Shown piece after piece: positions 1-10,371 of a DNA stretch of 64,000 bases. Source of the DNA: Actinomycetota bacterium. Its GTDB lineage: Bacteria > Actinomycetota > Acidimicrobiia > Spongiisociales > ZC4RG35. The stretch is from NCBI GenBank assembly GCA_052390035.1, contig JBQTHI010000012.1:13038-77037 (forward strand). Reading direction: 5' to 3'. Each line of letters begins with the position of its first letter. Position 1 is the stretch's first letter. Both the position numbers and the translations under genes were made by a program. The notes beneath the pieces are model-generated. The model had not been told where the DNA came from. It saw only the letters and a program-made list of their open reading frames with translations, and did not search any database.

Positions 1-294
1 TGAGGGCAATGAACCGTGCAGGAGGAGGTAGGCCACCTCCAAGAAAGATGCCTGCTCAGCGAGTTGCTCGATCGGATAACCGCGATAACGCAGTATTCCT
101 GCATCGCCGTCGATGAAGCTGACCGCGCTCACATTTTCCGCGGTGTTGCCGAAGCCCCGGTCGACCGTGTAGAGCCCGGTTTCGGCGTGAAGGCGGGAGA
201 TGTCGATTCCGGTCTCCGATTCGGTTCCCCTTACTAACGGGAGGGACACTTCGAGGTCGCCATGCCTGAGCGAGACGTGCTCGGCCTCAGTCAT
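1..294 (-). CDS. gltA: citrate synthase, N-terminal 98 codons (gene continues past the left edge)
   Basis: Absent from the supplied ORF track. My minus-strand translation from the ATG at complement 292-294 reads [98 protein letters not shown]. The blocks [21 protein letters not shown] and FLEVxYLLLxGxLP are hallmark N-terminal citrate synthase sequences. Confidence 0.8.
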   Translation of the reverse strand, partial: MTEAEHVSLRHGDLEVSLPLVRGTESETGIDISRLHAETGLYTVDRGFGNTAENVSAVSFIDGDAGILRYRGYPIEQLAEQASFLEVAYLLLHGSLPS

Positions 295-2341
295 GTTTTT
301 CGCCGGCGGCTGCAATCACCTTCTGGGCTTCTTGATGAGGAACCTCGGCATAATGGTCAAACCGAATCTCGAAGGTTCCCCGTCCGCTGGTCATCGAACG
401 TAGGTCGGCTGCATAGCGCTGAGTTTCGGCCATCGGCATCTCGGCTTCCACGACTCGGCTGCTTCCGTCGGAGTCCATCCCCAATACCCTTCCCCTCTTA
501 CTGTTGACGTCGCCCATGATGTCTCCCGTATGGTCATCGGGCACACGGATGATGAGGTGCATGATCGGCTCGAGAAGCACCGCCCGCAGGTTCGGTCCGG
601 CGCTCTTCAAAGCCTGGATTCCGGCCATTCGAAACGAGAGTTCGTCGGAGTCGACCGAATGGAACTTGCCGTCATAGACCTCGGCAGCAAAATCGATCAG
701 CGGGTATCCGGCGAGGATGCCTCGTTGGAGAGCCTCTTGAATCCCCTTGTTGACGGCGGGGATGAACTGGCGGGGGATCGATCCGCCTTTGACCGCGTCG
801 ATGAACTCGTATCCCGCCCCCCGAGGGCGAGGGCTGAACCTCACGTTGGCGACGCCGAACTGGCCCCGTCCACCGGTCTGTTTTTTGTGTTTGCCCTCGG
901 CATCGGCGCTGGCCGTGATGGTTTCGCGGTAGGGGACTGACGGGAGGGAGGTGACGATGTCCACCCCGAACTTTCTATGGATCCTGGCGATCGTCACATC
1001 GAGATGGGTGTCGCCGAGCCCGGCCAGCACTGTTTCGCCGGTTTCGGGCCGTCGCTCCACCTTGAGCGTGGGATCTTCCTCCAGCATCCGCTGGAGGGCC
1101 GTCGACAGTTTCTCTTCGTCGTGCTGGCTTTTGGGAGATATGGCCAGCTCGGTAACGGGACGGGGAAAGGCGACCGGTTTGAGCTCGATTCCGAGGCCCG
1201 GGCTGCGGAGGGTGGCACCCGCATGGATACTCTCAACTTTGGCGACCGCCCCGATCTCGCCACAACCGATCTCTTTGGTGTCGATGTGGTCTTTCCCCAT
1301 CAGGTAGAAGAGGTTGTGCATCCGGGCATGACCGCCGCTCGACGACTCGATGTCGGCGTCGGCTTTGATCGATCCGGAATAGACCCTGAAGACCGAGATG
1401 CGTCCAACGAAAGGATCGGAGATCGTTTTGAAGACATAGGCGAGCGCAGGTCCGGCCGAGCGAAGCGGAATTGGCTCGCCCTTGGCTAGCGATGGCAGCC
1501 GTCGCTCCAAGGGATTGGGGGCGAAGTCCACCATGAATTCGGCCATGGTGTCGATACCGATCCGCCGGGCGGCCGATCCAACCAGCACGGGGAAGATCTC
1601 CCCGGCCAGCATCCCTCGATGGATAGTGGCGACGATGGTCTCCGGGGCCGGCATCTCACCCTCGAAGTAGCGCTCCATCAATTGGTCATCGGTTTCAACC
1701 ACCGATTCGATCAATGCCTCCCGGGTCGAGTCCACCAGGTCGCTGACCTCTTCTGGGTATTCGTCGCTAACTGCGCCCACCTTGGCATCGGCGCCATAAA
1801 GGAATGCCTTGCCAGACACCACCCGCACCATTCCCCGCAGACCTGCTTCGGAACCAATCGGTACCTGCACGGGGGCAATTCGCTTGCCAAATACCTCACG
1901 CAGCTGGGCCAGCACCCGTCCGAAGGACGATCTCTCCCGATCAAGCTTGGTGATCATTACCGCTCGGGGTATGCCTTCTTCCTCGGCTGCTCGCCACAAG
2001 ATTTCGGTCTGTACCTCCACGCCGTCCACTCCCGACACGACGAATAGCGCGAGATCGACGGCTCGCAGGGCAGCGCGAGCGTCACCGGCGAAATCGAGAT
2101 AGCCAGGGGTATCGATGAGGTTGAGGCGGTGTCCCATCCACTCGACCGGTGCCAGCGCCAACCCCAATGAGATCTTGCGTTCGTGCTCCTCGGGCTCAAA
2201 ATCGAGAATCGTCGTACCGTGATCAACCGAGCCCTGGCGGGTGGTGGCGCCGGAAACGTACAAGAGGGCTTCAGCCAGCGAAGTCTTGCCGCTTCCTCCG
2301 TGGCCCACCAGGGCCACGTTGCGGATCTTCTCGGGGACCAC
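287..2341 (-). CDS. elongation factor G-like GTPase (EF-G paralogue)
   Basis: GTPase motifs GHGGSGKTS (G1), DTPG (G3) and TKLD (G4), followed by EF-G domains II-V over about 680 aa. I prefer the GTG start at 2341 because GGAGG lies 4 nt upstream. The track ORF extends to a TTG at 2413. Confidence 0.85.
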   Translation of the reverse strand: MVPEKIRNVALVGHGGSGKTSLAEALLYVSGATTRQGSVDHGTTILDFEPEEHERKISLGLALAPVEWMGHRLNLIDTPGYLDFAGDARAALRAVDLALFVVSGVDGVEVQTEILWRAAEEEGIPRAVMITKLDRERSSFGRVLAQLREVFGKRIAPVQVPIGSEAGLRGMVRVVSGKAFLYGADAKVGAVSDEYPEEVSDLVDSTREALIESVVETDDQLMERYFEGEMPAPETIVATIHRGMLAGEIFPVLVGSAARRIGIDTMAEFMVDFAPNPLERRLPSLAKGEPIPLRSAGPALAYVFKTISDPFVGRISVFRVYSGSIKADADIESSSGGHARMHNLFYLMGKDHIDTKEIGCGEIGAVAKVESIHAGATLRSPGLGIELKPVAFPRPVTELAISPKSQHDEEKLSTALQRMLEEDPTLKVERRPETGETVLAGLGDTHLDVTIARIHRKFGVDIVTSLPSVPYRETITASADAEGKHKKQTGGRGQFGVANVRFSPRPRGAGYEFIDAVKGGSIPRQFIPAVNKGIQEALQRGILAGYPLIDFAAEVYDGKFHSVDSDELSFRMAGIQALKSAGPNLRAVLLEPIMHLIIRVPDDHTGDIMGDVNSKRGRVLGMDSDGSSRVVEAEMPMAETQRYAADLRSMTSGRGTFEIRFDHYAEVPHQEAQKVIAAAGEKHD

Positions 2342-2417
2342 AGCACCTCCAGGAGCAGGGCGGACGATCTTAGTGACGGGCGTTTTCGGTGGGATCGGTC
2401 GGCTACATTGCAAGGCG

Positions 2418-2987
2418 GTGATCGATCTCCGGGTACGGCCCCATTTGCAGTGGGTGCTTCAGCCGATTGGGCGAGCCCTGGCCGGCGTTGGCGTGACACC
2501 GCAGTTCATGACCCTGCTCGGTTTGCTCGTAACGATTACCGGCGCAGTGATGATCGGAGCCGGCATCTTGATGGGAGGAGCGATCGTCGCCCTGGTCGGA
2601 TCGGCCCTCGACGGGCTCGATGGCTCGGTGGCGAGGGCGGCCGGGACCGAATCGGCTCGTGGAGCGCTGCTCGACGCAGCCGCCGATCGCATCGGCGAGA
2701 TCTCGGTGTTTGCCGGGTTGGCGGCGGCATTCGCCTCCCAGTCCCGCCTGCTGTTGCTAATTGTCTTCGCGCTGGGGGGCTCAATGCTCGTCCCCTATCT
2801 CCGAGCCAAAGCCGAGGCATCCGGGCTCGACGGCCGGGGAGGAATGATGGGACGAGCCGAGCGGGTGCTCTTTTTCACCCTCGGACTCATGCTTGGCCAG
2901 GTCGAACCAATGTTATGGATACTGACGGTGGCCACCTGGGCAACCGTGGCCTGGCGGTTTCTCCTCACCTATCGCCAACTCAGATGA
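2418..2987 (+). CDS. pgsA: CDP-alcohol phosphatidyltransferase, phosphatidylinositol-phosphate synthase type
   Basis: Signature DGLDGSVAR-x8-GALLDAAADR with multiple TM helices. It is followed by acyltransferase and GT4 genes as in the mycobacterial pgsA1-patA-pimA operon. The start was trimmed to the in-frame GTG at 2418 to clear the divergent EF-G-like gene. Confidence 0.8.
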   Translation: MIDLRVRPHLQWVLQPIGRALAGVGVTPQFMTLLGLLVTITGAVMIGAGILMGGAIVALVGSALDGLDGSVARAAGTESARGALLDAAADRIGEISVFAGLAAAFASQSRLLLLIVFALGGSMLVPYLRAKAEASGLDGRGGMMGRAERVLFFTLGLMLGQVEPMLWILTVATWATVAWRFLLTYRQLR

Positions 2988-3865
2988 GGCAAATCGCCTC
3001 GTATTGGCTGCTCCGCGCCCTGGCGGGGTTAGTGAGTCTGATCCCTTCACGGTTGGTCCGCTCCCTCGGCACGGCCGGAGGCAGCCTCTGGTATCTGTTC
3101 GGGGGCCGGCGCCGGGTGATGGCCCGCCGCCACATGCGCCGGGTGCTCGGACCCGGCGCCGAGGTTGATCGGGCCGCCCGCGAGGTTTTTCGTTCGTACG
3201 GCCGCTACTGGGCGGAGACCCTCTGGGTTCGTCCCCGGCGGGTGGCAGAGCTGGACGCCGGGTTGCAGATAACCGGGCTGGAACATCTCGAGAAAGCCGC
3301 GGTGGCCGGAACCGGCGTGGTGCTCGCGCTTCCCCATATGGGGAACTGGGAGCCGGCAGCGCTGGCCGGGCGGCGGGCAGGTATCGAAATCGTCGCGGTC
3401 GCCGAGCGCCTCCCCAACCGCCGTTTCACGGCCTGGTTCACAGAATTGCGCGCCCAATTCGGAATCACCATTGTCCTGGCCGGGAAAGGTGCGATGCGCC
3501 GGATTGAAGACCGAGTCCGGCGGGGCGCAGCGGTTGCCCTGTTGTGCGATCGGGATCTCTCCGGGCGGGGAGTTTCCGTCCAGTTCTTCGGGGAGGAAAC
3601 CACCATTCCCATCGGTCCGGCGGCGCTGGCACTTCGCGCGTCCGTGCCGCTTCTTCTGGTGGGCTGTTATTTCACTCCGAGTGGCCATCGCTTGGTTATC
3701 GAGGAGATCGAGCTTTCGCACGACCCGAATGTCGCCCAGGTGACCCAGCAGATCGCCCTTGGCCTCGAGAAGGTCATTTCGGTAGCGCCCGAGCAATGGC
3801 ATCTGCTTCAGCCCAATTGGCCCTCGGATCGCGCCGTTGCGGAGTTCGGGGGTAGCTCCGGATGA
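2984..3865 (+). CDS. LpxL/HtrB-family lipid acyltransferase (PIM acyltransferase PatA-like)
   Basis: HX4E acyltransferase motif PHMGNWE and family-typical length. The ATG at 2984 overlaps the pgsA stop (ATGA). Position between the PIP synthase and the GT4 gene fits the operon. Confidence 0.75.
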   Translation: MRQIASYWLLRALAGLVSLIPSRLVRSLGTAGGSLWYLFGGRRRVMARRHMRRVLGPGAEVDRAAREVFRSYGRYWAETLWVRPRRVAELDAGLQITGLEHLEKAAVAGTGVVLALPHMGNWEPAALAGRRAGIEIVAVAERLPNRRFTAWFTELRAQFGITIVLAGKGAMRRIEDRVRRGAAVALLCDRDLSGRGVSVQFFGEETTIPIGPAALALRASVPLLLVGCYFTPSGHRLVIEEIELSHDPNVAQVTQQIALGLEKVISVAPEQWHLLQPNWPSDRAVAEFGGSSG

Positions 3866-3872
3866 GGGGCCG

Positions 3873-4901
3873 ATGAGAGTCGGTCTGGTCAGCCCCTACG
3901 ACCTAAGGCGTGTCGGGGGAGTGCAGAATCAAGTGCTCGAGTTGCGCCGCCTGCTAACCGCCGCCGGAACCGAGGTCCGTTTGATCGGACCGGGAGCCGA
4001 AGATTTAGGTGGGGTCGGAGTGGGCAAAGTGCGAACCGTTACAGCCAACCGGTCGGTGGTCCCTCTGGTCGTTGAGCCCGGCGCATGGGGGAGGGTCAGG
4101 AAGTCGCTGGAGGAAGTCGATCTTGTCCACGTTCATGAGCCGCTGATGCCGCTGGTAGGGCTGGCGGCGCTCTCGGCAGCGCCGGCCACAGTGGCCACCT
4201 TCCATGCCCAACCTCCTCGGTGGGTGGAGCTTTTCTACCGAACCTTGCCCCGCCGTCTCATGCGTGGTGTCGGGCTGACCGCGGTCAGTCCATTGGCCGC
4301 AGGCGCCGCCTCTCGCTTCGGGCCGATCACGCTCATCCCCAACGGCATCGACACCTCGTTCTTCAGGACAGGGGTGCAACGCCATCCGGGGCGGGTGGTG
4401 TTTGTAGGCCGCGACGAGCCTCGCAAAGGGCGGGCGATCCTTCTTGCCGCTTGGAAGCTCCAACGGGGTCGGGATCCCGATGCCGAGTTGGTTGTCATCG
4501 GGCCCGAGGGCCCGGCCGCAAGAGGAGTCACTTACGCCGGGGCGGTGACCGATGAGGAGAAGAGCCGATTGCTCCAGAGCGCATCGATCTTGGTGGCGCC
4601 GAACCTGGGCGGTGAGAGCTTCGGATTGGTCGTGCTGGAGGCGATGGCGTCGGGGTGCGCAGTAATCGCCTCGGATCTGGCGGCCTTTCGCTGGGTCACG
4701 GCCGGCACCGCGTTGCTGTGCCCACCGGGACGGCCCGATGTCCTGGCAGCCCTCCTGGCCGATCTGCTGAGGAACCCGGCAGAGATTGCCCAGATAGGCC
4801 GCCGGGGCAGGGCGCGCGCCGTCACCTTCGACTGGGCAGCTGTGATCCCGCAGTATGTGGCGGCCTACCGGAGGGTAAGTGGCATGTCGGCGCCCCGGTA
4901 G
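3873..4901 (+). CDS. pimA: GT4 glycosyltransferase, phosphatidylinositol mannosyltransferase-like
   Basis: N-terminus MRVGLVSPYDLRRVGGVQNQVLEL resembles PimA. The C-terminal EX7E block is GGESFGLVVLEAMASG. Operon context supports the call. Confidence 0.75.
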   Translation: MRVGLVSPYDLRRVGGVQNQVLELRRLLTAAGTEVRLIGPGAEDLGGVGVGKVRTVTANRSVVPLVVEPGAWGRVRKSLEEVDLVHVHEPLMPLVGLAALSAAPATVATFHAQPPRWVELFYRTLPRRLMRGVGLTAVSPLAAGAASRFGPITLIPNGIDTSFFRTGVQRHPGRVVFVGRDEPRKGRAILLAAWKLQRGRDPDAELVVIGPEGPAARGVTYAGAVTDEEKSRLLQSASILVAPNLGGESFGLVVLEAMASGCAVIASDLAAFRWVTAGTALLCPPGRPDVLAALLADLLRNPAEIAQIGRRGRARAVTFDWAAVIPQYVAAYRRVSGMSAPR

Positions 4902-4928
4902 CATTAAACCTTGGACAAGGAGCAGCAT

Positions 4929-5810
4929 GTGGAGATAGGCACAAGTCGGGTCAAACGCGGCCTGGCGGAGATGCTCAAAGGCGGCGTGATCATGGATGTG
5001 GTCACCGCCGAGCAGGCCAAAATCGCCGAAGATGCGGGGGCAGTGGCGGTCATGGCTCTCGAGCGAGTTCCGGCCGATATCCGCCGGTCGGGTGGGGTGG
5101 CGAGGATGGCCGATCCCCAGAAGATCGAAGAGATCCAGGCGGCGGTGAGCATCCCGGTCATGGCCAAATGCCGGATCGGGCATTTCCTCGAGGCCCGCGT
5201 CCTGGAAGCGCTCAACGTCGACTACATCGATGAGTCGGAGGTGTTGACCCCCGCAGACAACGAGAATCATGTCGACAAGTGGTCATTCACCACTCCCTTC
5301 GTCTGCGGCGCTCGCAATCTCGGTGAGGCCCTGAGGAGGATCGGAGAGGGCGCCGCCATGATTCGCACCAAAGGGGAGGCCGGTACCGGCAATATCGTCG
5401 AGGCGGTAACCCACATGCGCAGCCTTACGAATGAGATCCGCCGGCTCACCCAGCTTGGCCCCGAGCAGCTCATGGCTGCCGCCCGCGACCTCGCCGCGCC
5501 CTATGACCTCGTCGAGGAAGTGCGCTCGTCGGGCAGGCTGCCCGTAGTCAATTTCGCCGCCGGCGGCATCGCCACTCCGGCCGATGCCGCTCTCATGATG
5601 GCGCTCGGGTGTGATGGGGTCTTCGTCGGCTCTGGGATCTTCAAGAGTTCGGATCCGGCCGGCTATGCCAAGGCGATCGTGGAGGCGACCACGTTCTTCT
5701 CCGAGCCGGACGTCGTCGCCAAGGTGTCGCGTGGCTTGGGCGGGGCGATGCCGGGGATTGAGATCGACAAGATCCCGGCGGGTGAGAAGCTGGCGGAGCG
5801 AGGCTGGTGA
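4929..5810 (+). CDS. pdxS: pyridoxal 5'-phosphate synthase, lyase subunit PdxS
   Basis: Motifs [27 protein letters not shown] and [15 protein letters not shown] lies 6 nt upstream of the GTG at 4929. The track ORF starts at the TTG at 4911. Confidence 0.95.
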   Translation: MEIGTSRVKRGLAEMLKGGVIMDVVTAEQAKIAEDAGAVAVMALERVPADIRRSGGVARMADPQKIEEIQAAVSIPVMAKCRIGHFLEARVLEALNVDYIDESEVLTPADNENHVDKWSFTTPFVCGARNLGEALRRIGEGAAMIRTKGEAGTGNIVEAVTHMRSLTNEIRRLTQLGPEQLMAAARDLAAPYDLVEEVRSSGRLPVVNFAAGGIATPADAALMMALGCDGVFVGSGIFKSSDPAGYAKAIVEATTFFSEPDVVAKVSRGLGGAMPGIEIDKIPAGEKLAERGW

Positions 5811-5814
5811 AGCG

Positions 5815-6378
5815 ATGCCGGTGGTCGGGGTGCTCGCCCTCCAGGGCGACTTTCGGGAGCATCTTGCCAGTCTGACCGATTGTGGCGTCGAGGGGCTTGC
5901 GGTCCGCACCCCGGCGCAGGTCGACGACGTTGACGCCCTGATCATTCCCGGCGGGGAATCGACCACTATCGGCACACTGGCGGAGAGGTTTGGTCTGGTC
6001 AAGCCGTTACAGGCCAGGATCGAAGCGGGTATGCCCGTGTTCGGGACCTGCGCAGGCATGATCCTTCTAAGCGCAGGGGTGACCGAAGGTGATCAGGTAT
6101 TGCTGGGTGCCCTCGACGTGGTGGTCGAGCGGAATGCCTTCGGCCGGCAGAATGAATCGTTCGAAGCCGATCTCGAAATCACCGGGTTGGACCGGCCATT
6201 CCCCGGCGTCTTCATTCGGGCGCCATGGGTGGCGAAGGTGGGAGCTCCGGTCGAGGTCCTCGCTACGATCGCACAACATCCAGTGATGGTTCGCCAGGGT
6301 GTGATTCTGGCGACCTCGTTTCACCCTGAGCTGACCGGCGACCGGAGAATCCACCAGATGCTGGTGAATCAGCTCTAG
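5815..6378 (+). CDS. pdxT: pyridoxal 5'-phosphate synthase, glutaminase subunit PdxT
   Basis: Motifs VGVLALQGDF, IPGGESTT, GTCAGMI (catalytic Cys) and FHPE. It lies directly after pdxS. Confidence 0.9.
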   Translation: MPVVGVLALQGDFREHLASLTDCGVEGLAVRTPAQVDDVDALIIPGGESTTIGTLAERFGLVKPLQARIEAGMPVFGTCAGMILLSAGVTEGDQVLLGALDVVVERNAFGRQNESFEADLEITGLDRPFPGVFIRAPWVAKVGAPVEVLATIAQHPVMVRQGVILATSFHPELTGDRRIHQMLVNQL

Positions 6379-6391
6379 CTGGCAGAGGCCA

Positions 6392-7138
6392 ATGATGTCC
6401 GGACATTCGAAGTGGGCGACGATCAAGCGGAAGAAGGCCGCCAACGATTCGCGCCGCGGAAAGCTCTTCGCCAAACTGATCAGAGCCGTCGAGGTGGCGG
6501 CGCGGGCTGGCGGAGGCGACATTGCCGGCAACGCCACTCTGGCTGCTGCGGTCGCCAAGGCTCGATCAAACGCGGTGCCGATGGACAACATCGAGCGAGC
6601 AATCCATCGGGCGGTGGGCGGGGGTGACACCGCCTCCTACGACGAGATCTGGTACGAAGGTTATGCGGCCGGGGGGGTGGCGTTGATGGTCCAGGTCCTG
6701 ACCGACAATCGGAATCGGGCGGCGTCGGAGGTCCGTGCCACTTTCACGCGCAATCACGGCAACCTGGGAGAGCCGGGATCGGTGGCCTACCTGTTCGACA
6801 GAAAGGGATACATCGAGGTGGCGGCGAGCGAAGATGAGGCTCTGATCGCCGCCCTGGATGCCGGGGCTGAAGATGTCCGTCCCGGTGTGGACGGAGTCGA
6901 AGTCATCACCCGACCTACTCAGTTGGTCGCCGTCCAGAGGTCCCTGGAAGCCGCAGGTCTCAAGATCTTGGCCGCCGAGTTGACCCACGAACCACGCACC
7001 TCCGTGGAGGTTGATGCGACCAATGCCGGCAAAGTGTTGCGGCTGATCGACGCTCTGGAGGATCTGGACGACGTTCAGGCCGTGTACGGCAATTATGAAA
7101 TCTCCGACCGGTTGATGGTTGAGCTGGCGGGTGACTGA
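6392..7138 (+). CDS. YebC/PmpR-family DNA-binding regulator
   Basis: N-terminus MSGHSKWATIKRKKAANDSRRGKLFAKL is diagnostic for the family. It precedes ruvCAB, as is typical. Confidence 0.9.
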   Translation: MMSGHSKWATIKRKKAANDSRRGKLFAKLIRAVEVAARAGGGDIAGNATLAAAVAKARSNAVPMDNIERAIHRAVGGGDTASYDEIWYEGYAAGGVALMVQVLTDNRNRAASEVRATFTRNHGNLGEPGSVAYLFDRKGYIEVAASEDEALIAALDAGAEDVRPGVDGVEVITRPTQLVAVQRSLEAAGLKILAAELTHEPRTSVEVDATNAGKVLRLIDALEDLDDVQAVYGNYEISDRLMVELAGD

Positions 7139-7213
7139 GCCGGCTATTGCTGAGCCGGCTGGGGGGTGAAAGCCAGGGGCTTTCCTTCAACGCGGGTAAC
7201 CTGGCCCGTACAA

Positions 7214-7702
7214 ATGTTCGTTCTTGGAATAGATCCTGGCCTCACTACCACCGGATACGGTCTGGTGCGTCGCGGCCGCGATTTAGAAGCACTAGGGGCG
7301 GGAGTGATCAGGACCGATCCCTCCGCCAGCCTTCCCGTCCGGCTTCTCGAACTGCACAGCCAGCTTGCGGCTCTCATCGCCCAACAACGACCGACGGTCA
7401 TGGCCATCGAGCAGACTTTCACCAATCGGAACCGGCAAACCGCCATAGCCGTGGGCAGGGCCGCCGGGGTGGCGATCCTGGCGGCCGCCCAGGCGGCACT
7501 TCCGGTCTACGAGTACGTGCCAACTTTGGTGAAGTCGTCGGTGACCGGCGATGGAGGTGCCGGGAAACAGGCGGTGCAAAAGATGGTTGCGCGGCATCTT
7601 GGCCTGGCGGCGCCGCCTCAACCCGCCGACGCGGCCGATGCCCTGGCGGTGGCCTTGTGCCATTTGCAGGCACTTCGCATCGAAGGGAAAGTCGGGGGAT
7701 GA
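7214..7702 (+). CDS. ruvC: crossover junction endodeoxyribonuclease RuvC
   Basis: MFVLGIDPGLTTTGYG (catalytic Asp) and DAADALAVALCH. The start was trimmed to the ATG at 7214. Confidence 0.9.
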   Translation: MFVLGIDPGLTTTGYGLVRRGRDLEALGAGVIRTDPSASLPVRLLELHSQLAALIAQQRPTVMAIEQTFTNRNRQTAIAVGRAAGVAILAAAQAALPVYEYVPTLVKSSVTGDGGAGKQAVQKMVARHLGLAAPPQPADAADALAVALCHLQALRIEGKVGG

Positions 7703-8271
7703 TCGGAAGGCTGCGCGGAACCCTGGTTGCCCGTTCGCCCGCAGGTGTCACCGTTGACGTCATCGGCGTCGGGTACGAAGTGCAGGTGAGTCCCCGTACC
7801 CAGGCCACTCTGCCCGGCGTTGGTGATGAGGTGGTGATCCACACTCACCTTCACGGTCGGGAGGATGGATTGACGCTTTATGGATTCGGATCGGAAGTCG
7901 AGCGAAATCTCTTTCGAGTGCTGATCACCGCCACCGGGGTGGGTCCCAAGCTGGGCTTGGCCATCCTCGGCTCGCTCTCGGTCGTCGAGATCAGGCGAGC
8001 CATCGCCTCGGAGGACGCCGATGTCCTAACGGTGGCGCCGGGGGTCGGGAAACGATTGGCCCAGAAGATCGTGCTCGAACTAAAACCCAAGCTCGAAGAC
8101 GACGAGGCCGATGTCCTTGAGTCATCCGGAGCCGGCGGACAGCTGCGCCAGGCCTTGGAGAGCCTTGGCTACAACGCCTCCGAGATCCGACAAGCGGTGG
8201 CCGATATCGACGGCTTGGCACCAGTTTCCGACCAGCTTCGGGCGGCTCTGCAAGTGTTGGGCAAACGGTGA
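7699..8271 (+). CDS. ruvA: Holliday junction branch migration complex subunit RuvA
   Basis: [15 protein letters not shown], and the HhH repeats [11 protein letters not shown] and [10 protein letters not shown]. The ATG overlaps the ruvC stop (ATGA). Confidence 0.9.
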   Translation: MIGRLRGTLVARSPAGVTVDVIGVGYEVQVSPRTQATLPGVGDEVVIHTHLHGREDGLTLYGFGSEVERNLFRVLITATGVGPKLGLAILGSLSVVEIRRAIASEDADVLTVAPGVGKRLAQKIVLELKPKLEDDEADVLESSGAGGQLRQALESLGYNASEIRQAVADIDGLAPVSDQLRAALQVLGKR

Positions 8272-9287
8272 TCGGGGTGCGGGAAGACTCGATCCTCAGT
8301 GCTGCCCTGAACGAAGACGATCTCACCTTGCGCCCTCGCCGGCTCGACGAGTTTGTAGGTCAGGGAAAAGTCAAAGAGCGGCTGCGCATATCGATCGAAG
8401 CCGCCCGCACCCAGGGCCGGCCCCTCGACCATGTGCTGCTTTCGGGGCCACCGGGGCTCGGGAAGACGACTCTGGCAGGCATCGTCGCCACCGAGATGAG
8501 GGTTGACCTGAGGATCACCTCCGGTCCGGCGTTGGAACGACCCGGAGATCTGGCCGCCATCCTTTCCAATCTTGACCAGGGGGCGGTCTTCTTCATCGAC
8601 GAGATCCATCGCTTGCCGCGATCCGTGGAAGAGGTGCTGTACCCGGCGATGGAAGACTTCCAGCTGGACATAGTGCTCGGCAAAGGGCCGGCGGCTCAAT
8701 CGATACGGCTCGATCTACCCCACTTCACCTTGGTCGGAGCCACCACCCGAAAAGGCAAAGTGACCGCCCCTCTCCGGGACCGCTTCGGGATCGACGATCG
8801 CCTCGACTACTACGAGGCTGCAGAACTCGCAGTCATAATTCGCCGGTCTGCTCGGATCCTCGAAGTGAAGGTCGAAGACGATGCTGCCGCCCTCATTGCC
8901 GCCCGCAGCCGGGGCACACCCCGGATCGCCAATCGGCTCCTCGCCCGGGTGAGGGACTTTGCCGTAGCAAGGGCCGATGGGCTGGTCGACATCAGCACCG
9001 CCGAGGAAGGTCTCCACACCTATGAGATCGACCACCTCGGCCTCGACAAGGTCGATCGAGCGATCCTGGAGGCGGTCATCTACAAGTTCGGCGGTGGTCC
9101 GGTTGGGCTGTCGACGCTTGCTATTGCCGTCGGGGAAGAAACCGAGACCGTCGAGGATGCCTACGAACCTTTCCTCCTTCAGATTGGCCTGTTGCAACGC
9201 ACCCCGCGAGGGCGGATGGCCACCGAACAGGCCTATCGCCACCTTGGAGTGGCACCTCCCGAATCGGGCCAGCCCCGTCTCCTTTGA
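8268..9287 (+). CDS. ruvB: Holliday junction branch migration DNA helicase RuvB
   Basis: Walker [12 protein letters not shown], Walker B FIDEIHRL and sensor GATTR. The start is GTGA-coupled to ruvA. Confidence 0.95.
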   Translation: MIGVREDSILSAALNEDDLTLRPRRLDEFVGQGKVKERLRISIEAARTQGRPLDHVLLSGPPGLGKTTLAGIVATEMRVDLRITSGPALERPGDLAAILSNLDQGAVFFIDEIHRLPRSVEEVLYPAMEDFQLDIVLGKGPAAQSIRLDLPHFTLVGATTRKGKVTAPLRDRFGIDDRLDYYEAAELAVIIRRSARILEVKVEDDAAALIAARSRGTPRIANRLLARVRDFAVARADGLVDISTAEEGLHTYEIDHLGLDKVDRAILEAVIYKFGGGPVGLSTLAIAVGEETETVEDAYEPFLLQIGLLQRTPRGRMATEQAYRHLGVAPPESGQPRLL

Positions 9288-9310
9288 CGCCTACCTAAGG
9301 TTCGGTAGGG

Positions 9311-10354
9311 GTGAAGGCCCCCACAATCGAGCGAAGTTCGACCGCAGTGTTTACCTCCGAGTTTGATTTCTCGCTGCCTGAGGGGCGAATCGGACAACAA
9401 CCGGTCGAGCCGCGCCATGCATCGGCCTTGCTCGACACCCGCGACCTGACCGACCACCGATTCCTTGACCTGCCCGGATTGCTCAAGACCGGAGATCTCG
9501 TGGTGGTTAATGGGACCCGGGTCCGAGCGGCGAGATTGCTCGGTTCCAACGCCCGCGGCACCAGCGTCGAAGCGCTGCTCTTGCGGCGCCGAGACACCGA
9601 CTGGGAGGCGTTGGTGCGGCCCGCCCGTCGCCTTCGAACCGGTGACGAGCTGTCGTTTGGCCCGATCGGGGGCGTTGTGGTCGAACCACCCCGGAATGGG
9701 GTGGCCATTCTGCGGCTGAAATCGACCGAAGGTCTCGAGGCGGCTCTCGAGAGGTGGGGAAAGGTGCCGCTCCCTCCGTACATCCGCACCGAGCTGGCCG
9801 ATCCCACTCGCTACCAAACCATGTTCGCCACCGAGGTCGGGTCGGCTGCCGCACCGACCGCCGCCCTCCATTTCACCGAGGCTGTGGCCGGAGGATTGGC
9901 AGCCCGGGGCATAGAACTCGCCAGTGTCTTGCTTCACATTGGCCTCGATACCTTTCGTCCGATCGTCACCGAAGAGATAGCCGACCATCAGATCCACACC
10001 GAGGAGTACAACGTTCCCGCCTCCACCGTCAGGGCGGTCGATCGCTGCCGGCAACGCCGCGGCCGAATCGTGGCCGTGGGGACGACGGTGGTCAGGGCTC
10101 TCGAAACTGCTGGGGCCGATGGTGGGATGCGACCAGGCTCCGGCATCACCGGTCTCTACATCACCCCAGGATTCGAGTTCAACGTCGTCGATTTGCTGGT
10201 CACCAACTTTCACCTTCCCCGCACCTCTCTCCTGGTCCTTCTGGCCGGGTTCATGGGGGACGGTTGGCGTCTGGCCTACCAGACCGCCCTCGATCGCGGC
10301 TATCGGTTCGGATCCTTTGGCGATTCCATGCTGGCCGACGGGAGTCGTCGCTGA
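9311..10354 (+). CDS. queA: S-adenosylmethionine:tRNA ribosyltransferase-isomerase
   Basis: FDFSLPEGRIGQQP, GKVPLPPYI and TNFHLPRTSLL. The exact start is uncertain. The GTG at 9311 is used, with an alternative GTG near 9347. Confidence 0.9.
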   Translation: MKAPTIERSSTAVFTSEFDFSLPEGRIGQQPVEPRHASALLDTRDLTDHRFLDLPGLLKTGDLVVVNGTRVRAARLLGSNARGTSVEALLLRRRDTDWEALVRPARRLRTGDELSFGPIGGVVVEPPRNGVAILRLKSTEGLEAALERWGKVPLPPYIRTELADPTRYQTMFATEVGSAAAPTAALHFTEAVAGGLAARGIELASVLLHIGLDTFRPIVTEEIADHQIHTEEYNVPASTVRAVDRCRQRRGRIVAVGTTVVRALETAGADGGMRPGSGITGLYITPGFEFNVVDLLVTNFHLPRTSLLVLLAGFMGDGWRLAYQTALDRGYRFGSFGDSMLADGSRR

Positions 10355-10371
10355 ACCCCGGTGAGTGGCGT

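Noticed and set aside
2183-3865. Very long plus-strand ORFs whose 5' portions overlap the preceding gene (also 7147-8271, 9754-11472, 13138-14424, 41411-42469, 45029-47332 and 50594-52213)
   Set aside because: Only the 3' portions match protein families. The 5' extensions are open reading through the upstream gene in another frame. Starts were trimmed to the first sensible start codon at or near the upstream stop.
4005-5270. 421-aa minus-strand ORF antisense to pimA/pdxS
   Set aside because: It is the antisense frame of two well-supported genes, with low-complexity R/G/D/H composition.
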